Made by a program: the position numbers and the translations under genes | In this document: positions 29,001 to 38,225 of the stretch, in pieces | How positions within the stretch are numbered: the first letter of the stretch is position 1 | Layout of the letters: each line of letters opens with the position of its first letter | Origin: Planctomycetota bacterium | GTDB lineage: Bacteria; Planctomycetota; GCA-002687715; CAIWVZ01 | Direction of reading: 5' to 3' | Assembly: GCA_044222185.1 (NCBI GenBank) | Contig: JBGANV010000001.1 | Location: 1,248,001 to 1,312,000, forward strand | Length of the DNA stretch: 64,000 nucleotides | Notes under the pieces: generated by a model | Seen by the model: only the letters and a program-made list of their open reading frames with translations | Database searches by the model: none | Told to the model about the DNA's origin: nothing

Positions 29001-29939
29001 GACCTCGACGGTGCGCAGGCCCGATTCGCCGAGGCGATGAACACCGCCCTTGCGGCGACGATGCGTGACGGCACGAACGTGGAAGCCATCCGGGACGCCG
29101 CCGTGCTCGCCACGAAGCTCGGCGGAGTGCTCGAAGGCCTCGGGCGACTCCCCGAAGCCGGCCAGAGATTCCGCGAGGCTCTCACGAGCATGGAGCGCGC
29201 GATCGCCGCGTCGGGGAACACGCTCTATTACCGGGACGTCGGCACGATCCGCCACCTCCTCGGGTCCGTGTGCCAGAGCCAGAAGCAGTTCGACTCGGCC
29301 CGCGAATCGTTCGATGCGTCGATCGCGGCCTTCGGCAAGGCGCCGACGACCGACGTGCTCACCCTCCGAGAGCTCGCGCTCGCCCACGAGAAGCGCGCCG
29401 GACTGAGGCAGGCGCTGGACGAGGATCCGCTGCCGGACCTGGAAGCCGCGAGCGCATCCATGGCACGCGCCCAAAAGCTCGTGCCCGACAACCAGGACGT
29501 CGCACTCGAAGCCGCGCGGTACCTGGGGCGGCGTGCCGAGATCGTTCTCGCGCGCGGCGACGCCCGGTCCGCCGAGTCCCTGCAACGTCTCGCGCACGAG
29601 ATGCTGGAGTCCTTCGCCGGAACACCCGGAGCGACGGCGTCGTTGCTGAATGCGCTCGCCTGGATGCTCTTGACGGACAAACCCGACTCGGTCCGCAACG
29701 CGGCCCGCGCCCTCGAGCTCGCGCTCCTCGCCGTTCGCGCGACGGAGGGAAGACACGCGGGCATTCTCGACACGCTCGCGCTCGCCTATTTCGAGAACGG
29801 GCAGCGGCGGCTTGCGATCGAAACCGAGCGGAAGGCGCTGGCTCTCCTCGCGGACACGCCGAGCAACGCTGCGACACGCGCCGAGTTCCAGGCGAATCTG
29901 GACCGCTTCCAGGCGCCGGCTGCAGAGTCACGCCCGTGA
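26079..29939 (+). CDS. Hanks-type Ser/Thr protein kinase with TM helix and extracytoplasmic TPR array
   Basis: IGRGGMGVVY, VAVK, HPNI, HRDLKPSNVM, DWGLA, GTPVYMSPE, DIY.LG; TM IALIAAGLLLFASVATGLIVV; TPR-like repeats; LNALAW...DTLALAY. Confidence 0.95.
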   Translation: MTDQTLGGAAPDPSARPWDTGMETVRRCWQETVLAGADWRSQAVEASYGRRPPDAATAIELATLRLSTNPPPSDVPATPAAAGYDLLEEIGRGGMGVVYRGRQRNLDRDVAVKTISPKLGDRMVAHFVTEARVTGSLSHPNILPVYDLGVGDDGKPFLAMKLVGGRPWSALLHPKTESDEAAALALDFPAHLGILIAVCNAVAYAHQSGVIHRDLKPSNVMVGEFGEVLLMDWGLALKLDSRSQAHAESGPVGTPVYMSPELAVGDVPGHGPWTDIYLLGGILHEIISGRPPHGHSTLPEVIDAAIRSSPPSFTDETPLELQQICSRAMARDPRERHPSAIAFRDALTAFLRHRESIAISDSARGRLQRSRSKAESDEAVRHEGFSRAVAGFEQALVLWPQNPEAISGLAAARLDWAGAALAAGDLALAEAQLRSLAVDDERVATTTRAVAVARDRRLRATEHARRTKIALIAAGLLLFASVATGLIVVSIEQGHTRRALEGESAARGRAEQRAVDIRKLTQSLVYEVHDAVEKLPGATPVRATLAARAVEVLDKLAAESTDDPTLIAELSAAYERVAAVQGHSLTGHLGQASEALKTFEKALALRTRAATLAPANEDNQRAVAIVNRLIGEALVRLDRMREAHEHYEAAQKLIAAVEARNPDHPLVLRDRAGILERRADLAKAEGRIVEALEIQRECTRIANRILQLKPGDPEAKADLTGSLLGEAQLLWLTGRAGESIDVARRTVAMQQELLAAAPNDAERRRSLTISLEALAEGLVSQGQMDEAIKIDRNVVTARRKLSTDDPANVQARSDLGSALFHLGDALMKVSEFNEAMAAYKEWQVVAKECAALDPGDSQFQRDVVLSDLFAAQAQLALGDPAGANAVLGRALENAEKRTAAEPKNANSALDAVQIRIRRAEAFTALGDDSSAVAELERGLGYFLPFGDLGGNFAALRRTRAHLLERYGDLLQTAGDLDGAQARFAEAMNTALAATMRDGTNVEAIRDAAVLATKLGGVLEGLGRLPEAGQRFREALTSMERAIAASGNTLYYRDVGTIRHLLGSVCQSQKQFDSARESFDASIAAFGKAPTTDVLTLRELALAHEKRAGLRQALDEDPLPDLEAASASMARAQKLVPDNQDVALEAARYLGRRAEIVLARGDARSAESLQRLAHEMLESFAGTPGATASLLNALAWMLLTDKPDSVRNAARALELALLAVRATEGRHAGILDTLALAYFENGQRRLAIETERKALALLADTPSNAATRAEFQANLDRFQAPAAESRP

Positions 29940-31088
29940 CGAGCGGCCATCCCGGGAGACGCGCTCGAGCACCCGCGCGACCTTGCGCGCCACCGCATCG
30001 CGGCTGAAGCGCGACGCCGCGTCGGGCACGAGGAACCTCGTGGGGTCCTCGATCGCGTCCGCCAGCACGCGCGCGAGCGCGACCGGGTCTCCCGGTGGAA
30101 CGAGCGCCGGGCCTGTGAGTACGTCCGGCAGGCCGCCGGTTTCGGATCCCACGATCGCGCTCCCGCAGCATGCCGCTTCGAGTGCGACGACCGGCACGCC
30201 CTCCGTCCGCCCGCCCGCCAGCTCGCGGCTCGGGACCGCGACGACTGATGCCGACTGAAACAGGCATGACAGCTTGGTGGGTCCGAGGCGTCCTGGCAAC
30301 TGGAGGTTCACTCCGAGCTCCCGCGCGAGCCGGGCGAGCGCCGGTCGCTCCGGACCGTCCCCGGCGATCACGAGATCTGCGTCCAACGCCGCGCTCGCTC
30401 GCACGAGCACGTCGAAGCCCTTGATGGCGACGAGGCGGCCAGCAGCCACGATGCGCCGCGCGGCGCGCGGTGTTTTCGCGGACGGGCGGAAGCACTCGGT
30501 GTCGATTCCCATCGGCGTGCGGACGATGAGGTCAGGCGCGACGCCCAGCATTTCGCCGAGTGCGCAGCCAGATGCCGTGGTCGCCACCACGGCGCTCAAC
30601 TTTCGAACGAGCGGTCGCCGCAGCGCGAGTCCCAAGAGCCCGCGCGAGAGCCAATGCACGTCGCCTCCGTGCGCGACACCGACGACGGGAATCCCCGTGC
30701 GCGCGCGCACCGCCCAAGTCCCTGCGGGCGCCAACCAATGGGCCAGGATCACGTCGCAGCCCTCGGCTTCGCGACGGATCGTCCTGATTGCAGCGACGCC
30801 AAGTCGCGCGAGCGCCCGCCACGCGGCCAGTCGGCCCAGTCGCGCGGCGTTCGCCTCCATGCCGTCGCCGTACACGAGATCGTGATCGGCGCCGACCGTC
30901 GACCGGAAGCGCGCCACGGGCCCCGCCGCGGAGTCAGGAGTTCGCTCCGCCAGCCCTGACGCATGAGGGGCGAGAGTCTTCACGGCGAGGCCTGCATTCT
31001 GCAAGCCGACGTTCAGGTCGCGTACGAAGCGTCCCGCATGATCGTCTGCGTCGCGCGGATACGACGACGTGACGACGAGGACGTTCAC
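29928..31088 (-). CDS. Glycosyltransferase family 4
   Basis: VLVVTSSYPR, HGGD, GRLVAIKG, EGVPVVALEA (EX7E). Confidence 0.92.
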   Translation of the reverse strand: MNVLVVTSSYPRDADDHAGRFVRDLNVGLQNAGLAVKTLAPHASGLAERTPDSAAGPVARFRSTVGADHDLVYGDGMEANAARLGRLAAWRALARLGVAAIRTIRREAEGCDVILAHWLAPAGTWAVRARTGIPVVGVAHGGDVHWLSRGLLGLALRRPLVRKLSAVVATTASGCALGEMLGVAPDLIVRTPMGIDTECFRPSAKTPRAARRIVAAGRLVAIKGFDVLVRASAALDADLVIAGDGPERPALARLARELGVNLQLPGRLGPTKLSCLFQSASVVAVPSRELAGGRTEGVPVVALEAACCGSAIVGSETGGLPDVLTGPALVPPGDPVALARVLADAIEDPTRFLVPDAASRFSRDAVARKVARVLERVSRDGRSSRA

Positions 31089-31894
31089 ACCGGTCTCGCG
31101 ACCGATCCGGTCGTCGGGGCCTTCGTCGCGACCGGGTCGGACGCGGCGCTCGAGCCGCGGTCGCCTCGCGCGCGCCGCGCACGCCGGATCTCGCGCCATC
31201 CGCGCCACAGGATTCCCGCGATGCGGGGAACGACGACGAACGGGTCGATCCCCGAAACCTCGTCCCCGTAGATCGCGCGGACGGGAACGTCCACGACCCT
31301 GACGCGGCGCACGGCGAACTTGACCAGCATGTCGTTCGGAAACCCGTAGCGCGGATAGAGCGTCGACAGGTCGATGGCCTGCAACGCGCTGCGGGTCGCC
31401 ACGGTGTACCCACATTGGCTGTCGCCGATCGACCGAAGACCCGTCGCGAGGCGCGTCAGCCAGGAGAGGAGCCGGTTGCCGACGATCCGAAGGAACGGCA
31501 TGGATCCGTAGCCGTCCGCGTGGAGGAAGCGATTGCCCTTGGCGTAGCCGGCGGTGGAACCGAGGGCTCCGACGAGACGGGCCAGGTCGCCAGGGTCCAT
31601 CTGCGCGTCTCCGGCCATGACGGCGCACGCATCGGAGGACGCGCCCCCGTGAGCGAGGAACGCCCTGTAACCGTCGACGATGGCCGCACCCACGCCCCCG
31701 TTCGCCGTGCGGCGGACGAGATCGATGCGGGAATCCCTGAACTCCTGCACGACCTGGGAGGTGCGGTCAGGTGACGCGTCGTCGACGACGACCACACGAT
31801 CCACGAATGGCGGGATCGACGCGAGCGTTCGCCCGATGAGCCGCTCCTCCTCGAACGCGGGGATCACGACCCAGATCGCACGGCCCTCAAGCAT
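31085..31894 (-). CDS. Glycosyltransferase family 2 (polyprenol-phosphate glycosyltransferase-like)
   Basis: VVIPAFEEE, VVVDDASPD, NGGVGAA, MAGDAQMDP, KGNRF, DSQCGY. Confidence 0.92.
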   Translation of the reverse strand: MLEGRAIWVVIPAFEEERLIGRTLASIPPFVDRVVVVDDASPDRTSQVVQEFRDSRIDLVRRTANGGVGAAIVDGYRAFLAHGGASSDACAVMAGDAQMDPGDLARLVGALGSTAGYAKGNRFLHADGYGSMPFLRIVGNRLLSWLTRLATGLRSIGDSQCGYTVATRSALQAIDLSTLYPRYGFPNDMLVKFAVRRVRVVDVPVRAIYGDEVSGIDPFVVVPRIAGILWRGWREIRRARRARGDRGSSAASDPVATKAPTTGSVARPV

Positions 31895-33518
31895 GGCGCT
31901 TCTTCCCGAGCACGCGTGCGAAGCGCGCCCGGTCCTCCGGGCCGAAAACCCCGATGACGAAGAGCAGGACGATGAACACGGCGACGCCACAGGAGAACCC
32001 GGTGAGCGTGCACGCGATGCGCACGAGGCCGCCCTGGAATCCTGCAAGCAGCCCCGCCGTGCCGAAGACGGTGCGATCGGCGAGAAGTGCGTGTGACACC
32101 GCGCAGCCGACGGCCGCGGCCACCAGGGCCCGGACGGCCATGCCGAGATCGAGTCCTGCGCCGAACATCCGCTTGAGCGTCGCGCTGGCGATGACCAGCG
32201 TCGCCGTCATTCCGATGGCCGCGGCCTGCGCGGCGCCGAGGGTCCCACCGTTCGGAACACTCCAGAGCCCCACCGCCCCCTGAAGGAGCACCATGACCGC
32301 GACGAGGGCCGCGCTGACGAGCGGGCGCCCGCTTGCGGTGACGATGGAGATCATGATGAAGACCACCGAGAACGAGACGTACCCGAGCACGAGCACCCCG
32401 AGCGGCGCTGCGGCGGGCCCTTGGTATTCGGTCTTGTACAGGAGACCGACGGCGCGGGCCGGCGCCGACACGACGGCGAGCGCGAACATGAGCGCGATCA
32501 CGAGCGCGTAACGGGTCGTCTGCGCGATGTAGCCGCGGATGAGGCCCGCGTCCTTCCCCGACGCCGCCGACACGAGCGGGAAGAGAATGAACGTGATGGC
32601 GAAAACGGCCGAGTACGGAACGGTCGCGAGTTGCTGTGCCGCGCGGTATTGGCCGGCGAGCATCTCGCGCGCAGCCTGATCGCCGGGCCCGATCATCTGC
32701 ACGAGATTGATGTCGAGCTGCGTCGCGAGTGCGGTCAGGCCACTCAGCAACATGGTGACGGCTTCGAATCGGAACAGTTCGCCGACGCCCAGGTGACCGA
32801 CGACGGGTCCGCGCGGCGCCATGGCGAGACTCATCCCGAGCACGAGTACGGACGCGAAGGCCCAGCCCGCGACGGCTGCCTCCGGGCGCCCGAGAGAGCT
32901 TCCCAACAGCCAGGCGAAGCAGACGATGAACACGACCCGAAGCGTCGAGTAACTCAGGTCGACGAGTGCCTGACGGCGGAAAAGCTGGGACCCGGTGAAG
33001 GAACCCATGGTGACGGCATAGAACGCATACGCCGCGGTGATGATCGCCGCGAGGCGCAGCGGCTGGGTGAGGTTCTCGTTGGCGTACAGCCGGTCCGCGA
33101 TCAACGGCGCGCACGAGAAGAGGAGGATCGAGAGCCCTCCGCCCAAGGCCGCCTGGAGTCGCATGGCGGCTCTGCGCACCGCGCGATGTTCCTGCGGAGC
33201 CCGTCCCACGAAGCGGGCGACGGCCTGCACCGTTCCCTGATAGACGAGCGCATTCAGGATCGTGGCGAAGCTCGCCGCGCTCGAGTACACGCCGTAGAGG
33301 CGCTGGCCTTCCTCTTCGGAGACCCCCAACGCCATCACGCGACTGAGCGCCCACTGGATGATGAAGGCCGACGCCAGAAACCAGAACTTGCCGGCCGTCA
33401 GCAGGATCGCGCCCTGGCCGGTTCGGCGCTCGAAATCGCGATCCTCGGAAGGTGCCGCGCGCGATGGGTCTGAACCCGACGCGGCCGGGACGGTTGTTGA
33501 AGCTTGGGATGGATTCAC
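31887..33518 (-). CDS. MOP-superfamily oligosaccharide flippase (Wzx-like)
   Basis: About 14 TM helices; YGVYS, LDINLV, AGQYRAAQQLA, G.LGAA.A motifs. Confidence 0.85.
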   Translation of the reverse strand: MNPSQASTTVPAASGSDPSRAAPSEDRDFERRTGQGAILLTAGKFWFLASAFIIQWALSRVMALGVSEEEGQRLYGVYSSAASFATILNALVYQGTVQAVARFVGRAPQEHRAVRRAAMRLQAALGGGLSILLFSCAPLIADRLYANENLTQPLRLAAIITAAYAFYAVTMGSFTGSQLFRRQALVDLSYSTLRVVFIVCFAWLLGSSLGRPEAAVAGWAFASVLVLGMSLAMAPRGPVVGHLGVGELFRFEAVTMLLSGLTALATQLDINLVQMIGPGDQAAREMLAGQYRAAQQLATVPYSAVFAITFILFPLVSAASGKDAGLIRGYIAQTTRYALVIALMFALAVVSAPARAVGLLYKTEYQGPAAAPLGVLVLGYVSFSVVFIMISIVTASGRPLVSAALVAVMVLLQGAVGLWSVPNGGTLGAAQAAAIGMTATLVIASATLKRMFGAGLDLGMAVRALVAAAVGCAVSHALLADRTVFGTAGLLAGFQGGLVRIACTLTGFSCGVAVFIVLLFVIGVFGPEDRARFARVLGKKRHA

Positions 33519-33580
33519 GAAAAGGTCCGGATTATATCGGGCCGCTCAAGGCGGAAACACCGCGCGTCGAAACCCCAGAT

Positions 33581-34129
33581 ATGCCGGGATTCCCGCAGTC
33601 TTCCCCCGTCGGCCGGCGCATCGGCCTGACGGTGTGGATCCTCGTCGGCGCGTTCGCGCTCGCCGCGCGCGTGCATGCCGACGAAGTCCGACTGAGGAAC
33701 GGATCGACGTTCCACGGTCGGATCGTGAAGGAAGACGAGACCGCGGTCACGATCGACGTCGGTTCGGGGAGCATGACGATCGCGCGGCGTGACATCATCG
33801 CGGTCATTCACACTCCCGTTCCCACCAGGACGCGAGACGGCGATCGTTCGCCGTCGAGCCTCGTCGGGAAACGCCCCGATGCCCCGACGCCGCGAGCGCC
33901 GCAACGAGGGCCCCAGTCTCCGCCACAATCGGCACGGGCACCAGCGACGACGGCCCGGTCGAACGATCCAAAGCCGCCACCGACCCGCGCCGGCGCGGCC
34001 GGTCAGCGTCAAACCGCACGCGCGGGAACCGCTGGTGGTCGCACTCCGGATGATTCGAAGAACGGTGGGTCGACGCGCAAGCCCACGAAGGCCGCGGAGA
34101 GCCGCCCTGGAAGCAAGCCCGACTGGTGA
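33581..34129 (+). CDS. Secreted protein with one small Sm/SH3-like beta domain and a disordered tail
   Basis: Signal ...ARVHA-DEVRLRNGSTFHGRIVKEDETAVTIDVGSGSMTIARRDI; Pro/Thr/Arg-rich tail. Confidence 0.65.
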   Translation: MPGFPQSSPVGRRIGLTVWILVGAFALAARVHADEVRLRNGSTFHGRIVKEDETAVTIDVGSGSMTIARRDIIAVIHTPVPTRTRDGDRSPSSLVGKRPDAPTPRAPQRGPQSPPQSARAPATTARSNDPKPPPTRAGAAGQRQTARAGTAGGRTPDDSKNGGSTRKPTKAAESRPGSKPDW

Positions 34130-34138
34130 TGCCTCGCC

Positions 34139-35656
34139 TCAGCGCGCGGGCACGAGCTTCATCACGAAGCCGTCGTAGCCGCCCCCGGGACGCGTCTGGA
34201 CGGCACCGGCCGTGACCGGGAAGTTGCGCGCTTTGGTTCCGCCGACGAGGTACAGGGAATCATCCGTACCGAAGGCCATGTTCCGGACGATCGTGTCGCC
34301 GTCGCCGCCCACGTAGGTCGCGTACACGATCTTCGCGCCGTCCGGTGCGAAGGCGGCCACGACACCCATCTGCGCCGACCCGCCCCGCGAGCCCATGAGC
34401 GCGTCCGCCGTGACGGCGAGATCTGGTGAACTGCTGAAACCCACGGCCCAGACGTTGCCATCCGGCCCCACCATCGGCGTGAGCAGGTCGTCGCTGGATC
34501 CGCCGCCGAAGCACGACAGGAACACACAAGCGCCCAGGTCGCGCCGGAACCGCCCCACGAACGCGTCGTCGTCGGCCTTCGGCCGCGGCTGGAACGCGCC
34601 AGCGGTTCCCGGGAAGTCCGGCGATGCGGTTCCGCCCGTGACGAGGACGGTTCCATCGGGCGCGAGCCGCAGGCCGTGTTCGGTGAACTCGTCGCCGCTG
34701 CCGCCGATCAGCGTGGCGCGAAGGAGCCTCGAGCCGTCGGGTGACATCTCGATCAGGAAGCCGTCGTTTCTGCCACCGTGCGAGCGCTGGAACGCGCCGG
34801 CGGTCGTCGGAAAGTCGACCGACGCGGTGTGACCTCCGACCCAGATGCCTCCGTCGGCCCCCATGGCGACGGAGGCAACCCCCTCATCGTTCGACCCGCC
34901 AACCCTCGTCGCGAAGACGACGCCCGATCCGTCGGCCTTGAGCTTCACGATGCCGACGTCGTCCTTGCCGCGCCCGACCTTCTGAAACGCTCCGTCCGTC
35001 GCAGGGAAGTCCGGTGACGGCGTCGGCCCGACGACGACCACGTCGTCGTTCGCGTCGAGCACGAGCCCGCCTCTCGGAAATTCCTCCAGCGATCCCCCGA
35101 CGTAGGTGCACCAGATCGTCCGGGTGAGATCCGGCGACAGCTTGGCGACGAACCAGTCGGCCTTGCCGCCGCCGTAGCGCGGCTGGAAGCAGCCCTTCGT
35201 CGTCGGAATGTCCATCGACCTCGTGGCGCTCGTGATGACGACGTTCCCAGCCCTGTCGACCGCGAGGCCGTAGACGTTGCGCTCCTGCTTCGAGCCGCCG
35301 AAGTAGGTGCCGGCGAGAACACGGGCCCCATCGGCCGAAAGTCGCGCCAGGTAGCAGTCGCCGCCCATCGCGCCTTCCTTGCCCGCGGGCTGATCGTCGC
35401 CGGCGTACCGTGGCTGCACGACGCCAGGAGTCGTGGGAAGTCCGGCGGACGACGCCTGCCCTGCGACGAGGATCGAGCCGTCCTTCATCACCAGGACCTC
35501 ACGGAGCTGATCGAACAGCGGTCCACCGAGATAGGTCGCCCAGGCGATCCTGTAACGGCTGGCGGGGTTGAGGGCCTGGGGTTGCACCGTCGGGTTCTGC
35601 GGGGGAGCGCAGGCACCGATCGCGACGAGGACGAGGGACGTGAGGAGTGGGCGCAC
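34139..35656 (-). CDS. SBBP-type beta-propeller repeat lipoprotein
   Basis: Lipobox IGAC; repeated TYxGGS..(E/D)...G.T.S.DFP.T.GAFQ...GG.D.F..KL; TACAAT -10 just upstream of GTG. Confidence 0.88.
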   Translation of the reverse strand: MRPLLTSLVLVAIGACAPPQNPTVQPQALNPASRYRIAWATYLGGPLFDQLREVLVMKDGSILVAGQASSAGLPTTPGVVQPRYAGDDQPAGKEGAMGGDCYLARLSADGARVLAGTYFGGSKQERNVYGLAVDRAGNVVITSATRSMDIPTTKGCFQPRYGGGKADWFVAKLSPDLTRTIWCTYVGGSLEEFPRGGLVLDANDDVVVVGPTPSPDFPATDGAFQKVGRGKDDVGIVKLKADGSGVVFATRVGGSNDEGVASVAMGADGGIWVGGHTASVDFPTTAGAFQRSHGGRNDGFLIEMSPDGSRLLRATLIGGSGDEFTEHGLRLAPDGTVLVTGGTASPDFPGTAGAFQPRPKADDDAFVGRFRRDLGACVFLSCFGGGSSDDLLTPMVGPDGNVWAVGFSSSPDLAVTADALMGSRGGSAQMGVVAAFAPDGAKIVYATYVGGDGDTIVRNMAFGTDDSLYLVGGTKARNFPVTAGAVQTRPGGGYDGFVMKLVPAR

Positions 35657-35729
35657 GGCGCCGGGATTGTACGCGGCATCCCCTTTACGCGCGGTCCGCT
35701 TCGCGTTCTCATGCCGCGTGAGCCTTCCC

Positions 35730-36950
35730 ATGAGAACCTCTCGACTCGTCATCCTCGTGTTCGCGATCCTCGCTGGGCCCGCCGCCCGAGCGCAGAAACC
35801 CGCCGTGACGCTCGGCATCGACGTGCTCCTCGGGGAGCGCATCGATCTCGTGGCGAAGAAGCGCGTGGGACTCGTCACCAACCCGTCCGGCGTCGGTGGC
35901 AACCTGGTGGCGACGCTCGACCTGTTGGCACGGGACCCGCGCCTGAAACTCGTTCAACTGTACGGGCCCGAACACGGGATCCGGGGCAGCGAGGCGGCCG
36001 GGGGCGCCGTCGCCGACGCCGTGGACCCGGTGACGAAAATCCCCGTGCAGAGTCTCTATGGGAAGACGCGCCGGCCCACGCCCGAGACGCTCGCAGCTCT
36101 GGACGTGCTCGTGTTCGACATCCAGGACATCGGCTCGCGCACCTACACGTTCACGTCGACCATGGCCGAATGCATGAAGGCCGCGAAGGACGCCGGCAAG
36201 CCGTTCGTCGTGCTCGACCGACCCAATCCGCTGGGCGGGCTCCTGTTCGAAGGCCCCGTTCGTGAAGAGAAGTATGCGAGCTTCATCGGATACGGCCCAA
36301 CTCCCGTCTCGCACGGCATGACCATGGGCGAGCTCGCGAGGTTCTTCAACGAGGAGATGGGGATCGGCTGCAACCTCGTCGTCGTGGCGATGAAGGGCTG
36401 GAAGCGCAGCATGGTCTGGGAGGACACGGGGCTCGATTGGGTGCAGACGTCGCCTCACATTCCCCATGCACTGAACGCCCACCTCTACATCACCACGGGG
36501 ATGATCGCAGGGTTGTCCAAGAACGTGAACGAGGGCGTCGGCTACACCCTTCCCTTCGAGACGATCGCCGCCGAGTGGATCGATCGCGACGCGCTCGTGG
36601 CTGCGATCGATGGAGAGAAGCTGCCGGGCCTGCGCGTCCGTCCCCTGAGCTACACGCCGACCTACGGCAAGTTCTCGGGCAAGCTCCTGCACGGCATTCA
36701 GTTGATCCCGTCCGACCTCCGCCAGTTCCGCCCGCTACGCACGACGATCACGATCATGACCGTCCTCGAGCGGCTGTATCCGCGCCGCGCGGAATACGAG
36801 GGCGACCAGTCCACGGGCCGTCACTGGGGCAACCTTCGCGTCCTCGAAATGGTGCGCGCAGGAAGGTCTGCCGCGGAGATCGAGGCATCATGGCAGGCCG
36901 AGCTGGCCACCTTCGCCGCGAAACGCGCGAAGGCCCTGCTCTACGACTGA
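35730..36950 (+). CDS. namZ: Secreted exo-beta-N-acetylmuramidase NamZ family (DUF1343/YbbC)
   Basis: GLVTNPSG, PEHGIRG, SLYG, FDIQDIGSR.YT, LDRPNP, HGMTMGELA, EG.G...PFE. Confidence 0.9.
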   Translation: MRTSRLVILVFAILAGPAARAQKPAVTLGIDVLLGERIDLVAKKRVGLVTNPSGVGGNLVATLDLLARDPRLKLVQLYGPEHGIRGSEAAGGAVADAVDPVTKIPVQSLYGKTRRPTPETLAALDVLVFDIQDIGSRTYTFTSTMAECMKAAKDAGKPFVVLDRPNPLGGLLFEGPVREEKYASFIGYGPTPVSHGMTMGELARFFNEEMGIGCNLVVVAMKGWKRSMVWEDTGLDWVQTSPHIPHALNAHLYITTGMIAGLSKNVNEGVGYTLPFETIAAEWIDRDALVAAIDGEKLPGLRVRPLSYTPTYGKFSGKLLHGIQLIPSDLRQFRPLRTTITIMTVLERLYPRRAEYEGDQSTGRHWGNLRVLEMVRAGRSAAEIEASWQAELATFAAKRAKALLYD

Positions 36951-36963
36951 CGACCTCGCGGGA

Positions 36964-38175
36964 TCATTGGAGTTGGAGCGGACCGGACACCGGGACGGCG
37001 TCGTCGGCCCCGTCCACGAGATTGCAGAACGGGTTCAGGCCCCGGCCGTACCAGACCGTCGCCCCGTCCGGCGCCGCGCCCGGAAGACGGAGGACCACGG
37101 ACTTCCCGTCGGCGCCCAGCGCTGCATCGAACGGAGGATCGAGCGGCGTCCCGTCCTTTGCCGCGAGCGAGAAGCCGGCCACGCGCTGCGAAACCGCGGG
37201 CGCCGCGTCGGCGCGGCCGCTCGCGACCGTCGACAGCGAGCCCTTCACGCCTTCGAACGAAACGATGATCTCGTCACGTCGTCCAGCGACGAACGCCACG
37301 CCGGTGATCCTCGGGCCGAACGTCGCGCCAGCCCCCGCGTCGATCGCGGCGGCGGCCCGCGCCATGCGGCGACCGAGCCGACGTTCTCCGTCCGTGCTCA
37401 CGTGGATCGGATCGTCCAGGGACAGATCGATCGTGGACACGCACGCCGTCCGAGGAACGCGTGCCGGCAGGACGCGCTGGGCCTCCTGCACCATGTTCCA
37501 CGGATCGTTCCACTCGGCCCGCGACGTCACGTAGCGGCTCAGTTGGGCGAACACGAAGGGGAGCTCCGGGTTCCCAAGGTCGGCGCGTACGGCGGCGATG
37601 AACGCCTCGAACCGCTTGCCGTAGGAGGCGGCTGACTCGGCTCCGCCGACGGCATCCGCCTCGCCCTGGTACCACAGCACGCCGGCCACCTTGGCTCCAG
37701 AGGCCTTCACCTTGGCCAGCATGGCCCCGTAAAGCGACTTCGAGTCGGCGCGCTTGCCCGGGTCCCATTGCGCGAGCGACGTGCCGCCGACGGCGCACGG
37801 GATCAGGCCGACGGGCTGCTTGACCCTGGCGAAGTGATCTCGCGCGAAGGTGAGGCCGGGGCCCACGCCCTTGATGACCGGCTGTGCCAGAGGGCGCCCG
37901 AGCGGTGCGGCGGCCCACCCCGCTCCCTGGCCCGGGTTCTTCGCCGAATGGAGGGGCTCCGCCGCGGGTTTCCACGACATCTCGCCCCGCGAGCCGAAGG
38001 TGAGCACGGGTGACGGATCGGCTGACTCCGTCTCGACGTAGCCGTTCCCTTCCATGTTCGATTGGCCGGCCAGGACCCAGACGACGGGCGGTGGCGTGGC
38101 GTCCTGCCGTCGTCCGTCCTGCTGAGCGGCCAAGGCGATGCAAAGATGAGCGACGCAGGTGACTGTTAGAAACAT
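36964..38175 (-). CDS. Secreted SGNH-fold sialate O-acetylesterase-like protein (SASA/CE6)
   Basis: LAGQSNMEG, GGTS, WYQGEAD, DPIH. Confidence 0.9.
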   Translation of the reverse strand: MFLTVTCVAHLCIALAAQQDGRRQDATPPPVVWVLAGQSNMEGNGYVETESADPSPVLTFGSRGEMSWKPAAEPLHSAKNPGQGAGWAAAPLGRPLAQPVIKGVGPGLTFARDHFARVKQPVGLIPCAVGGTSLAQWDPGKRADSKSLYGAMLAKVKASGAKVAGVLWYQGEADAVGGAESAASYGKRFEAFIAAVRADLGNPELPFVFAQLSRYVTSRAEWNDPWNMVQEAQRVLPARVPRTACVSTIDLSLDDPIHVSTDGERRLGRRMARAAAAIDAGAGATFGPRITGVAFVAGRRDEIIVSFEGVKGSLSTVASGRADAAPAVSQRVAGFSLAAKDGTPLDPPFDAALGADGKSVVLRLPGAAPDGATVWYGRGLNPFCNLVDGADDAVPVSGPLQLQ

Positions 38176-38225
38176 GGGCATCTCCGCGAGCGTTCGCGCG
38201 CGGAGCGTACCGGAGACCCCCGCAC

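Noticed and set aside
26823-29756. Long antisense ORFs (also 4425..6686, 40126..41910, 55896..57959 and others)
   Set aside because: Shadow frames expected from high-GC3 codon usage; no motifs or RBS
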